Positions 17,553 to 27,700 of a DNA stretch of 39,755 bases are shown here, one piece after another (position 1 is the stretch's first letter; each line of letters begins with the position of its first letter). A program made the translations under genes and the position numbers. The DNA comes from Acidobacteriota bacterium. GTDB taxonomy: Bacteria; Acidobacteriota; Vicinamibacteria; Vicinamibacterales; 2-12-FULL-66-21. Under the pieces are notes generated by a model. It saw nothing but the letters and a program-made list of their open reading frames with translations, was not told the DNA's origin and made no database searches. The DNA lies in NCBI GenBank assembly GCA_031404215.1, contig JANNHC010000007.1, positions 1-39,755 on the forward strand. Direction: 5' to 3'.

Positions 17553-19937
17553 ATGCTCAGAACCCTCGATCGCTACGTCATCCGTGAAGTCGTTCCGCCG
17601 TTCCTCCTGTCGCTCGTGATCTTCACGTTCCTCCTGGAAATTCCCCCGGTCATGCGCGACCTCGAGATGCTCGTGGCCAAGGGGGTCTCCTGGCAGGTCG
17701 CCGGCCGCATCATCCTGACCCTGATCCCGCAGGCCCTCGGCCTGACGATTCCGATGGCGCTCCTGACGGGCCTGCTCATTGGCCTCGGCCGGATGTCCGC
17801 CGACCGCGAAGCGGTCGCACTCCTGGCCTGCGGCGTCAGCCCCTATCGGCTGCTCAGGCCCGTCCTCCTCATGGCCACGGTCGCCGCCGCCGCGACGATG
17901 TACGTGATGGTCAAGGCGATCCCGGACGCGAATCAAACCTTCAGGGAAATCACGTTCGACGTCATCGCCAAGCGGGTCGAAAACGATGTGCGCCCGCGCG
18001 TATTTTTCGAGGACTTCCCGGGCTGGGTACTTTACGCGCACGACGTGCCGCAGGGCGGCGTGGGCTGGAAGGACGTGCTGGTCGCCAACACAAGCAAACC
18101 CGACGCGCTGGAACTCTTTCTAGCCGCACGCGGGCGCCTCGTCCTCAATCGCGACGAGCGGCGCGTCGACCTTGTGTTGACCGACGGCACCCGCTATTCC
18201 ACGGGAAAGCCGGGTGAGACACTCACCTACCGCTTCCCCGGTGACCTGACGATGGCGCTGAACCCGGAGATGGTGTTCCGGAAGGGGAACCTGCCCCGCG
18301 GGCTGACGGAAAAGACCATATCGGAACTGCGTCAGGACATGACGTCCAAGCTCGCGGGAACGCCTGCGTTGTCGCCTCACCCTGAAATCATTCAAATCGA
18401 GCAGAAGTTTTCCGTGCCGGCCGCGTGCCTGGTGTTCGCGGTCATCGGCCTCGCCCTCGGCCTCTCGGTCGCCCGCGACGGGAAGATGGGGGGCTTTGTC
18501 ATCGGCGTCGGCGTCATCTTCGCGTATTACGTTGTCATGTACCTGGCGGAATCGCAGACCCAGGGGCATTATCGGGCGATTGAAAGCGCCAAGGGCCTGG
18601 GCTCGACGAGCTTCCTGCCCGCCCATCTGGCCCGCTGGTGGCCCAACATCCTGCTCGGACTCTTCGGCATGGCCGCACTCATCTGGCGCGATCGCTTCTC
18701 GAGCCGCGCCTGGCCGGTGAGTGTGCCGCTCGTCGTGCCGCACCTCCCGGCGCGCTGGACCGGCTCGGTCGAGCGTGCGAACATGGCCGGCGCGTCATCG
18801 GCACAGGCCCGCACCCGCAAGGGCGTCGTCGTCGTGGTCCGCATTCCGCAACTGCGCCTGCCGTCGGCCGGCATCCTCGACCGGTACGTCAGCCGGATGT
18901 ATATGCGGGTGGTGGCGCTGGGGTTTCTGGCGCTCATGGGCCTGTTCTACATTTCCACGTTCATCGATGCCTCCGACAAGCTTTTCAAGGGCACGGCGAC
19001 CGGCAGCATGGTGATGCAGTTGCTCGCCTACGGAACGCCGCAATTCGTGTATTACGTGATCCCGATCGCCGCGTTGCTGAGCGTGCTGGTCACGTTCGGC
19101 CTGCTGTCGCGGACGAGTGAGCTGACGGTCATGAAGGCCTGCGGCATCAGCCTGTACCGCATCGCGCTTCCCGTGATCGTGCTCTCGCTCCTCTTTAGCG
19201 CGGCCCTGTTTTCGCTCGATCAGGAGATCCTCGCGCGCGCCAACCGAAGGGCGACGGCGATGGACGACGCGATTCGCGGGCGCCCGCCGAAGACCTTCAA
19301 CCCGCTGAACAGGCGGTGGGTCATCGCTCGCGACGGCAGCATCTACCACTACGGATTCTTCGATCCGCGCCGCGACGCGTTGACCTCGCTGACGGTGTAT
19401 CGCCTCGTCCCGGGCGCCTGGCGGCTTGCGTCGCAGACACATGCGGCGACGGCCGAATACCGCGGCGAGTGGACGGCGTTCAAAGGCTGGACGCAGGAGT
19501 TCGGCGCGGGACCGGCGACGTGGCGCGCCTTCGCACAGGAGCGGATACCGATCGAGACGCCCGACTACTTCAAGACTGAAGACACCGACACGGACCTGAT
19601 GACCGTCGCCCAGCTTCGTCGATCGGTCAGGGAATTGTCGGCAACCGGCGCCAACGTGGTCCCCCAGCAGGTGGACCTCCACCGCAAGATCGCGTTTCCC
19701 TTTGTCACGTTCGTAATGACGCTGCTGGCCATTCCGTTCGGCGTGACGACGGGCCGGCGGGGCGCCCTCTACGGGATAGGCCTCGGCATCGTGCTCGCGC
19801 TTGCCTACTGGGTCGTGATGAGCGTGTTTGTCGCGATCGGCAAGGCGGGACTCCTGCCGCCCGTCCTGGCCGCATGGACCCCCAACATCATCGTGTCGGC
19901 CTGCGCGGTATACCTGCTGCTCACGGCGAAGACGTAA
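17553..19937 (+). CDS. LPS export ABC permease, LptF-like and LptG-like modules in one continuous ORF
   Basis: The N-terminal half begins MLRTLDRYVIREVVPPFLLSL (LptF/YjgP-like). The second half begins ...AGILDRYVSRMYMRVVALGFLAL (LptG/YjgQ-like). There is no in-frame stop between them. ATG 17553 is preferred over 17502. Confidence 0.8.
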   Translation: MLRTLDRYVIREVVPPFLLSLVIFTFLLEIPPVMRDLEMLVAKGVSWQVAGRIILTLIPQALGLTIPMALLTGLLIGLGRMSADREAVALLACGVSPYRLLRPVLLMATVAAAATMYVMVKAIPDANQTFREITFDVIAKRVENDVRPRVFFEDFPGWVLYAHDVPQGGVGWKDVLVANTSKPDALELFLAARGRLVLNRDERRVDLVLTDGTRYSTGKPGETLTYRFPGDLTMALNPEMVFRKGNLPRGLTEKTISELRQDMTSKLAGTPALSPHPEIIQIEQKFSVPAACLVFAVIGLALGLSVARDGKMGGFVIGVGVIFAYYVVMYLAESQTQGHYRAIESAKGLGSTSFLPAHLARWWPNILLGLFGMAALIWRDRFSSRAWPVSVPLVVPHLPARWTGSVERANMAGASSAQARTRKGVVVVVRIPQLRLPSAGILDRYVSRMYMRVVALGFLALMGLFYISTFIDASDKLFKGTATGSMVMQLLAYGTPQFVYYVIPIAALLSVLVTFGLLSRTSELTVMKACGISLYRIALPVIVLSLLFSAALFSLDQEILARANRRATAMDDAIRGRPPKTFNPLNRRWVIARDGSIYHYGFFDPRRDALTSLTVYRLVPGAWRLASQTHAATAEYRGEWTAFKGWTQEFGAGPATWRAFAQERIPIETPDYFKTEDTDTDLMTVAQLRRSVRELSATGANVVPQQVDLHRKIAFPFVTFVMTLLAIPFGVTTGRRGALYGIGLGIVLALAYWVVMSVFVAIGKAGLLPPVLAAWTPNIIVSACAVYLLLTAKT

Positions 19938-19965
19938 TCTTCAGCTCCCATCTCCCAGCCGCCGC

Positions 19966-20349
19966 CTAGCTTCTCCCCCGGCCGGACGCAATATCCTGTA
20001 ACGCCGCGATCAGGTCGCTTGCGAGCAGCCCGTGGCGAAATCCTTCACGCAGCATCCGCTCGGCAATCTGCCGTGCGACGGCGCCGGGTTTACCCCTGGC
20101 GTGCTCTCGGGCGCGAGGGGTGACGAAGGTGCCAAGCCCTCGCCGCACGCAGGCCACCCCCTCCTGCTCCAGCGTTCGGTACGCGTGCTGGACGGTGTTG
20201 GCGTTGATTTTCAACTCGCCCGCCAACTTCCGCACCGCCGGCAGCGCCTCGTCCGGCTTCAGAATTCCCAGTGACACGCACCGGCGGACTTCGTCGGCGA
20301 TCTGGCGATACACCGGCCTCGGGTCGAAGGCGTCTATGTCAACTAACAT
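19966..20349 (-). CDS. GntR-family transcriptional regulator, short YtrA-like subfamily
   Basis: Winged HTH PVYRQIADEVRRCVSLGILKPDEALPAVRKLAGELKINANTVQHAYRTLEQEGV. Only about 127 aa, with a short C-terminal extension. Confidence 0.88.
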   Translation of the reverse strand: MLVDIDAFDPRPVYRQIADEVRRCVSLGILKPDEALPAVRKLAGELKINANTVQHAYRTLEQEGVACVRRGLGTFVTPRAREHARGKPGAVARQIAERMLREGFRHGLLASDLIAALQDIASGRGRS

Positions 20350-20386
20350 ACTAGTATACTAGCATACTAGTTAACTAGCATGCTAG
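20347..20386. promoter_or_regulatory. Operator-like array: five tandem 8-mers NNNNCTAG (CATACTAG TATACTAG CATACTAG TTAACTAG CATGCTAG)
   Basis: Read directly from the sequence. It contains the perfect 12-nt palindromes CTAGTATACTAG, CTAGTTAACTAG and CTAGCATGCTAG. It abuts or overlaps the GntR ATG (20349-20347) and is AT-rich in a high-GC background. Confidence 0.6.
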
Positions 20387-20450
20387 TCTGGCGAGTCCGG
20401 GCTGGTCGCTGCAAAACCGGAAACCAAAAAGCTAAACCGGATGCTGTGGC

Positions 20451-22154
20451 CTACCGCGCGAATCGGAGGTTGGTGATCCGGATGGAGTTTGAATCGCCCG
20501 GCCGGGAGTTGGTGAGATCGACGACGAAGAGCAGGGCGGTTGCGGCGGAGGGGTCGGGAGCGCCTCCGCTCTGGCGGTCGGCAGGCATCATCTGATCAAC
20601 CGCGACGGACATTTCGCGCGGGATTGCATCGACGTAGACGGATTTTCTCCACCGCTCTCCCCCGCCTTGCGGATATCGCAGTTGGACCGAGAGGCGCACC
20701 GGCTGAGCTGAAACGGCGGAGAACATCACGCTCTTGAACCTCGGCGCGCGGTATCCGACATCAGCGACCGCCGCGGCGAACTGACTGACCCGCTCTCCAG
20801 GACGCAGGACGTAGTCGAACGTCACCTCGAATCCAGACGATCCAGACGACTTCACGGTGGCGGTTGATCCGGCCTCTTTCTCGACGTGCCAGCCAGTGTC
20901 TGGCGCGAGGGGCACGACGACCGGCTGCGCGATGCCGGGGGGAGCGGCGCCGGCCGGTGCGGCGCCGGCCAGAAAATAGATCGGGTTGCTCACGATCCAC
21001 GGAACAGGGGACCTTCCGGCCCGACCGGGAACACGAAGTTCCACCCTCAGGGCGCCCCTGGCGGGCTCGACGCCGCTGACATAGGGCGCGGTCATGCTCC
21101 GTTCGGACTCCCCCTCGTCGCCCACGATAAACAACTGGGCCCCAAGAGGCATCGAGGCGTTGACGGCGATGACGGAGGCGCCGGCCGGCAATGTCGAGCC
21201 CATGACCGACGGAGTGGTTTCAGCTCCCTGCCACGCGCGATAGTCGAGGAACCCTGGACTCGCGATCGCGTCGATGACCGTAAAAACGCCGCCCGTCCTA
21301 ATCGCATCGAGGACTTGCCTGGCGTCGGCCACTGGGTCTCCGGTGGGCGGACGTTCAAGTATGGCTCGCGTGCTGAAGGATCGGAAGCTGGCCTCGTACG
21401 ACGGGATGCCGCCGACCGCGGTCCGCCGTGATCCGCCCTCCTCCACTCCGCGTCCAATTCCTCCATGCGCGTCGTGGCCGGCCAGGCCGACGACGGGACG
21501 CCGGAGGCCGAGATGGTTCCAGCGCTCCAAGGTCGCCTCGGGCCGATCGAGCAGCGACGCGAGCGCCGGACCGGGACGGAGCGCATAGTCGAACAGCACG
21601 CGCGCAAGCGCGACCCGCGACTCGTTGCGCCATTCGGAGTCGGCATTCAGCCACTCGATTCCGTCGATGGGAACCGTCCAATCGGTCCAGGCAAGCTCTG
21701 CGCGCGGCGAGTCCGGATGGGCCGCGATACCGAATCCGCCGAGCCGATGGACATCTTCGACGACCGCCGCCGGCTCTCCCCCGAGTGGATACGGCGACGC
21801 CCGCATGTCGAGCGCGACGTAATGGCCGCCGTCCGAGCTGATCTCCACCGCGTCCACGCACAGCACGCCGTGCAGATACACCGGAGGGTCGGGCGGCCGC
21901 GTGCCGTCGCCATGGTCGGTCAGGATGATGAAGGCCAGCCCCGCGCGCGCCGCCGCCGCCGCGATGGCGTCCTTCCCCCCCGCCCCGTCGGATCGCGTGC
22001 TGTGAATGTGATAGGCGCCGGCCACCGTCCGGCGTTGCAGATCGACGTCAACCGTCGCGGGGACGCTCCGCGGAACCGCCGGCAGCGTCGCGAGCAGAAA
22101 AAAAATGACGGCGACCAGAACGGCCGCCGTCACCAGTAAACACCTCCGCATCAC
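20451..22154 (-). CDS. PHP-domain metallohydrolase (CehA/McbA-like) with N-terminal TM anchor and an uncharacterised C-terminal beta-rich domain
   Basis: TM helix LLVTAAVLVAVIFFLLA, then the PHP motifs GAYHIHSTRSDG and FIILTDHGD, and IAAHPDSP. Confidence 0.75.
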   Translation of the reverse strand: MMRRCLLVTAAVLVAVIFFLLATLPAVPRSVPATVDVDLQRRTVAGAYHIHSTRSDGAGGKDAIAAAAARAGLAFIILTDHGDGTRPPDPPVYLHGVLCVDAVEISSDGGHYVALDMRASPYPLGGEPAAVVEDVHRLGGFGIAAHPDSPRAELAWTDWTVPIDGIEWLNADSEWRNESRVALARVLFDYALRPGPALASLLDRPEATLERWNHLGLRRPVVGLAGHDAHGGIGRGVEEGGSRRTAVGGIPSYEASFRSFSTRAILERPPTGDPVADARQVLDAIRTGGVFTVIDAIASPGFLDYRAWQGAETTPSVMGSTLPAGASVIAVNASMPLGAQLFIVGDEGESERSMTAPYVSGVEPARGALRVELRVPGRAGRSPVPWIVSNPIYFLAGAAPAGAAPPGIAQPVVVPLAPDTGWHVEKEAGSTATVKSSGSSGFEVTFDYVLRPGERVSQFAAAVADVGYRAPRFKSVMFSAVSAQPVRLSVQLRYPQGGGERWRKSVYVDAIPREMSVAVDQMMPADRQSGGAPDPSAATALLFVVDLTNSRPGDSNSIRITNLRFAR

Positions 22155-22200
22155 CCCACCCGAGCCAGCACCCGTGGCACCGCTGGCACTCGTGGCACGC

Positions 22201-23355
<1,155 letters not shown>

Positions 23356-23497
23356 GCGTGTCGATCTCCTTCATGCTGCGCGGGCGCGCACCGGTAGGAC
23401 CGGTGCCCGACTGCGCAGGGTATTCCTGGAACTTGCTCGGGTATTTCCGAGGAAGCAGGCGCACCGCGTGGTCGCGGCGCACGTTTCAAATCCGCCA

Positions 23498-23527
23498 AAT
23501 ATAGCAGGTCTCGGCGGATCCGGGCAA
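23498..23527 (-). promoter_or_regulatory. Candidate promoter for metK (about 140-nt leader)
   Basis: On the minus strand: TTGCCC (23527-23522), an 18-nt spacer, then TATATT (23503-23498). Confidence 0.35.
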
Positions 23528-23549
23528 CACGAAAGCAGGGCTCGGAGGT

Positions 23550-23819
23550 TCAGGGAACCTCTGTGGTTTCGGGCTCGGGTACCGTCTTTTCAACCTCGAT
23601 GGTGCAGTCGGCGATGAGGGCGCTGAGCACACCGATGGCGGCGGCGATGGGCGCGATGACCGCGCCGATGACCCCGGCCGTCAGCGGAAACTCAGCGACG
23701 GTCTTCCCTCGCTGTTTGACGACGACGCGGCGGATGCTGCCTTCGTCCACGAGCCGGCGCAACTGCGCGAGGACCTGCTCGGTCGTGCCTTCGAGCTTCT
23801 GCCAGAACGTGCGTTCCAT
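23550..23819 (-). CDS. DUF4342 domain-containing small protein
   Basis: LVDEGSIRRVVVKQRGKTVAEFPLTAGVIGAVIAPIAAAIGVLSALIADCTIEVEK matches my recollection of the DUF4342 pattern. Confidence 0.7.
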   Translation of the reverse strand: MERTFWQKLEGTTEQVLAQLRRLVDEGSIRRVVVKQRGKTVAEFPLTAGVIGAVIAPIAAAIGVLSALIADCTIEVEKTVPEPETTEVP

Positions 23820-23907
23820 TCGGCCTCCAGGTTCAGGGTGAGTACGAGTATATAGACGCGACGCCTGGCGGGGGGTTCATTTTGGAAGTCCGAGCCAGCG
23901 GCAAGGA

Positions 23908-24786
23908 CTACTTTCGCGGGTGAAACTGGTCGTACACGGCGCGCAGCCTCGCTTCGAGCACATGCGTATAGATCTGCGTCGTCGAAAGATCGGCGTGGCC
24001 GAGCATCAGCTGGATCATGCGGAGATCGGCGCCGCGCTCGAGCAGATGCGTCGCAAAGGAGTGTCGGAGTGCATGGGGGCTCAGGTCGCGCGAGAGCCCG
24101 GCCTTGATGCCGTACTGCTTCAGCACCTTCCAGAATCCCACGCGCGACAACGGGCCGCCGTCGCGTGCGTTCACGAACAACCACGGCGACGTTTTTCTGC
24201 GAAGCATCGCCGTGCGCCCGTCCCGGATGTATCGTCGTACCCACTCGGCCGCCTCCTGTCCGAGCGGCACCATCCGCTGCTTGTCGCCCTTGCCGATGCA
24301 GGTCAGATAGCCCTCGTCCAGGTTGAGATCGCCGGCGCGGAGCGCCACGAGTTCCGAGACCCGCAGACCCGTGGCGTAGAGCACTTCGATCAGGGCCTTG
24401 TCGCGCAGGCCTCGGGGCGTCGCGATGTCGGGCTGCGCGAGCAGGCGATCGACCTCCTCGAGCGATAGGAATTTCGGCAACGCCGCCCACGCCCTCGGGG
24501 GGCGCAGGTCGTCGGCCGGGCTGCGATCGCGCTTCCGCTCGACCGCGAGAAAGCGGTAGAACCCGCGAATGCATGCGATCGCGCGGGCCACGGAACGCGG
24601 GGCCAGCCCGGAGGACATCAGCTGGCGTACGAACGCCTCGAGGTCCTGACGCTCCAGCGCGTCCACCTCGACTCCTCGCTTCCCGGCGAACGCGCCGAGC
24701 AGGCCCAGGTCCCGCGCGTAGCTCTCGACCGTGTTCGGCGACATCCGCCGCACATCGCGCAGATATGTGACGTAGGCGTCGATCAC
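23908..24786 (-). CDS. xerD: Site-specific tyrosine recombinase XerD/XerC
   Basis: SPNTVESYARDLGLL..., ATGLRVSEL, SPHALRHSFATHLLERGADLRMIQLMLGHADLSTTQIYTH. GTG 24786 overlaps the upstream stop (GTGA). The longer track ORF to 25383 overlaps the upstream gene. Confidence 0.88.
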   Translation of the reverse strand: MIDAYVTYLRDVRRMSPNTVESYARDLGLLGAFAGKRGVEVDALERQDLEAFVRQLMSSGLAPRSVARAIACIRGFYRFLAVERKRDRSPADDLRPPRAWAALPKFLSLEEVDRLLAQPDIATPRGLRDKALIEVLYATGLRVSELVALRAGDLNLDEGYLTCIGKGDKQRMVPLGQEAAEWVRRYIRDGRTAMLRRKTSPWLFVNARDGGPLSRVGFWKVLKQYGIKAGLSRDLSPHALRHSFATHLLERGADLRMIQLMLGHADLSTTQIYTHVLEARLRAVYDQFHPRK

Positions 24787-27700
24787 CGTGCGCCCCGGCG
24801 GCGGCGTACGGCCCACTCGAGGCAGAGCGCGCCCGCGAAAGGCACGACCCACCAGCCGGACCGCATCGGATGGATGGTGCGCGGCGCCTCGCGTCGAGCA
24901 AGGCCCCGCAGGTGACGCTGCAGCGGAGCGAGATCGGTCGCGTCCACCACGACGCCCCCGGTTGCTGCCGCAATCACGCGCCAATCGTCTTCGTCGTATG
25001 CGGGCGGATGGCGCACGTCGTCCGCCACGATCATCGGCGTGTCCGCCATGTCGCCGCCTGCCGTGGCGCGCGCGTCGTACTCGCCTGCCCACGATGCGAC
25101 CGCCTCGCCTTCGAATACTCCTGCCTCCGCCAAGGGCCACAGTCGCACAAACTGTTCGGAGCCGTCCGCGGCCACGAGCGATGCGCTCACGCCTGGGCCC
25201 TCTCCGCGCGCGGCGAAGGAATCGACCGTCACCCGCACGATCAGGCGATCGCCTGGCGCGGCCACCGCCGGGTCCACGGAGATCGACAAGCGCGCGGGCG
25301 AAGACGACGCCAGGTTTGCCACGATTCCGGTCCAGAAACGGGCAAATGCCGCCTCGTCCGCCCCGGCGGCGCGGAACCGCCACGCGTCGAGCGCGCCTGA
25401 AAAGACGACGCGGCCTCTACCGCGGGGCAGCGACACGATCACCGGCCTTGCGGACGGCTGACTCAACGACGCCACGACATCGGCACCGGGACCGAGACCA
25501 CGCGGCACGGAGAACTCTGATGCACTGACGCCGACGGGCCCTCCCCCGGTGAGCGCCACGGGTTTCTCGATGAGCAGTTCCTCGAAGCCCGACAATGACA
25601 CGACCTGCGCGTATGGCCCTGATGGACGCCGGTCCGGAAGAAACACCACGGCGCCACCGCGAACTTCGCAGAACGTGGTCAGCGCGGCGACCTCCGCGCC
25701 GCTCAGATCCTCGGGCGCCCCGATCAGGATTGCGTCGAACGACGCGAGCACGCCGGACGAGAGGCTGCGCAAGCGCGGTCCGGCCGTCACCACGGGTCCG
25801 CGCGACGGCCGGACGAGGGATGAGGTTACAAAGACTGGATCGGACTCGAGCGCACGCCGCACGAATCCGGCGGCCCATGAGGGCCGCGGTTCGTACACGG
25901 CAACGCGCAACGTTCGAGCGGACGCGACGAGCGGAACGTCCGCGGCATTATCCTCGTCGGTCGCTTCGCCGGCCAAAGGGCGCGCACGGAGGGTCATCCT
26001 CGAGATACCGGCCATGGGGGGCACATAGGGAAGTGACGCGGTGAACCGCTCCCTCGGGCTGGTCCATCGATGCTCGGTCGCCGCGAGCGGAACGGCGTGC
26101 TGTTCGAGTGCGATCGCCGACGACTGTCCTGCCATGCCGATCGCCTCGAACTCCGCTGAAAAGACAGCCTCCTGCCCCACCAGCACGGTGCCGGGCGACA
26201 CCGCCCGAATCAGCCGGACGTTGCGAGCGCCAGGCGGAACGCGCGCGACAATCGAGACGCTTGCCGCGTCTGGCACGGTCAGGGAATCCCGCGAGTCGAC
26301 CAGCACCACGGCGTCCGGGGGTTCGCCGTCAGCGGCCGCGATGCTGGCTCCAAGATCGCGAATCAACCGATCGCGAACGGACCTCGTCCATGGCGACGGG
26401 CCGGCCCGAAACTCGACGCGGACGGGATGGGGCCGGTCCACGGCGATGGCCGGATCGATCACTCCCGCGACCGCGATCAGAAGCGCGACCGCTCGCAGCG
26501 CGCGCGTCATTGCCGAAACTCCTTCGCCCAGGCGCCGGCCAGACCCTTGGGCGATCGCGTGCCCGACTGCGGCGCCATGCGGGCGCCACGTCGGGCACGC
26601 GCGATCACGGGTCCGGCCGCCCTGGACAGCTCCATGGCGGCGTCGCCACCTGACGCCGCGACGCAGCGCGTCCTCCACGCGCTTCGCAACGTCCTGCCAC
26701 ACCGGGTCGGCGGGATCGATCGCGAGCGCCTGCTCGGCCATCGACGCGAAAACAGACACGTCGAGAGTGCGCCCCGCGCGGGTCACCGAGGCCACGTCGA
26801 GCATCCGCGACAGGAGGATGCGCGCGGCGCGCGTCTCACGATCCACCGACGGTGTCTCGAGATCGCGGCGCCAGTCTCCGGCTCCCGCCAGCTCGCCCGT
26901 GAGGCGTCTCGACGGATCCACCCGGCTCCGCACCGGCATCGTCCGCAACAGGTACCGGTTTCGGCCGAACGCACGTTGCAGCGCTTCGACGGCCGCCCTG
27001 GCGGCGGCGAGGGCGCGATCGGTGTTGACGGCGAGCAGCGCCTGTTCGGCGCGACTCATGTAGACAATCGCCGCGTTGACTTCGTTTCGCGCTGTGTTCT
27101 GAAGCCGCCCTTCCTGGATCTCGTGCGACTGCTCCGCCTCGGCCTCTTCGTCCTCGACGTGGCCCCCCATCAGGAAAATAAAATTCGCGCGGACCGCTCG
27201 TTGCTCGGCGGCGATGGAAACGGTCGCCTCGTTTCGCGCCCCGGCAGCCAACATGCGCTCACGCGCGCGCAGCCGCTGGATCTTGAGGACGATCATCTGC
27301 TGCGACAGCGCGTATCGCTCCTGGTCAGGAGGCATCTCGAAGCCCTCGAGGGCGACCTGGCCGGGACCTGCAATCTCTATGAAAAAAGAATCCGACGTCG
27401 CCAGGCCGGCGTCGCCCGGCCGCCCATCGCGGGCCACCGCCCTGTAGACGAGCGCGTCCCCCGGTCCGAGCCCAAGCGACGCGAGGGCGATCCGACCGCT
27501 GGCCTTCCACGCGACGCTGCTGTCGCGGGTCAAGGTGACCGGCAAGGCTCCCTCTTCGAATTCGATCTGCTCGCCGGTGCCGGACACCTTCGTATAGCGG
27601 ATCTCCAGCGCGTGCAGACCGAAGTCGTCTGACGCCGCGGCGATGACCGGTACGTTCACTGTCGCGTCCGGCATCACGAGGTCGCGCGCCGGCGTCTCCA

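Noticed and set aside
20347-20386. Mini CRISPR-like or tandem-repeat array.
   Set aside because: The units are only 8 bp with no spacers. The palindromic CTAG architecture next to a GntR gene fits an operator.
23356-23497. SAM-I (S-box) riboswitch upstream of metK.
   Set aside because: The conserved core elements are absent by eye. It is retained only as an unclassified structured leader in the findings.
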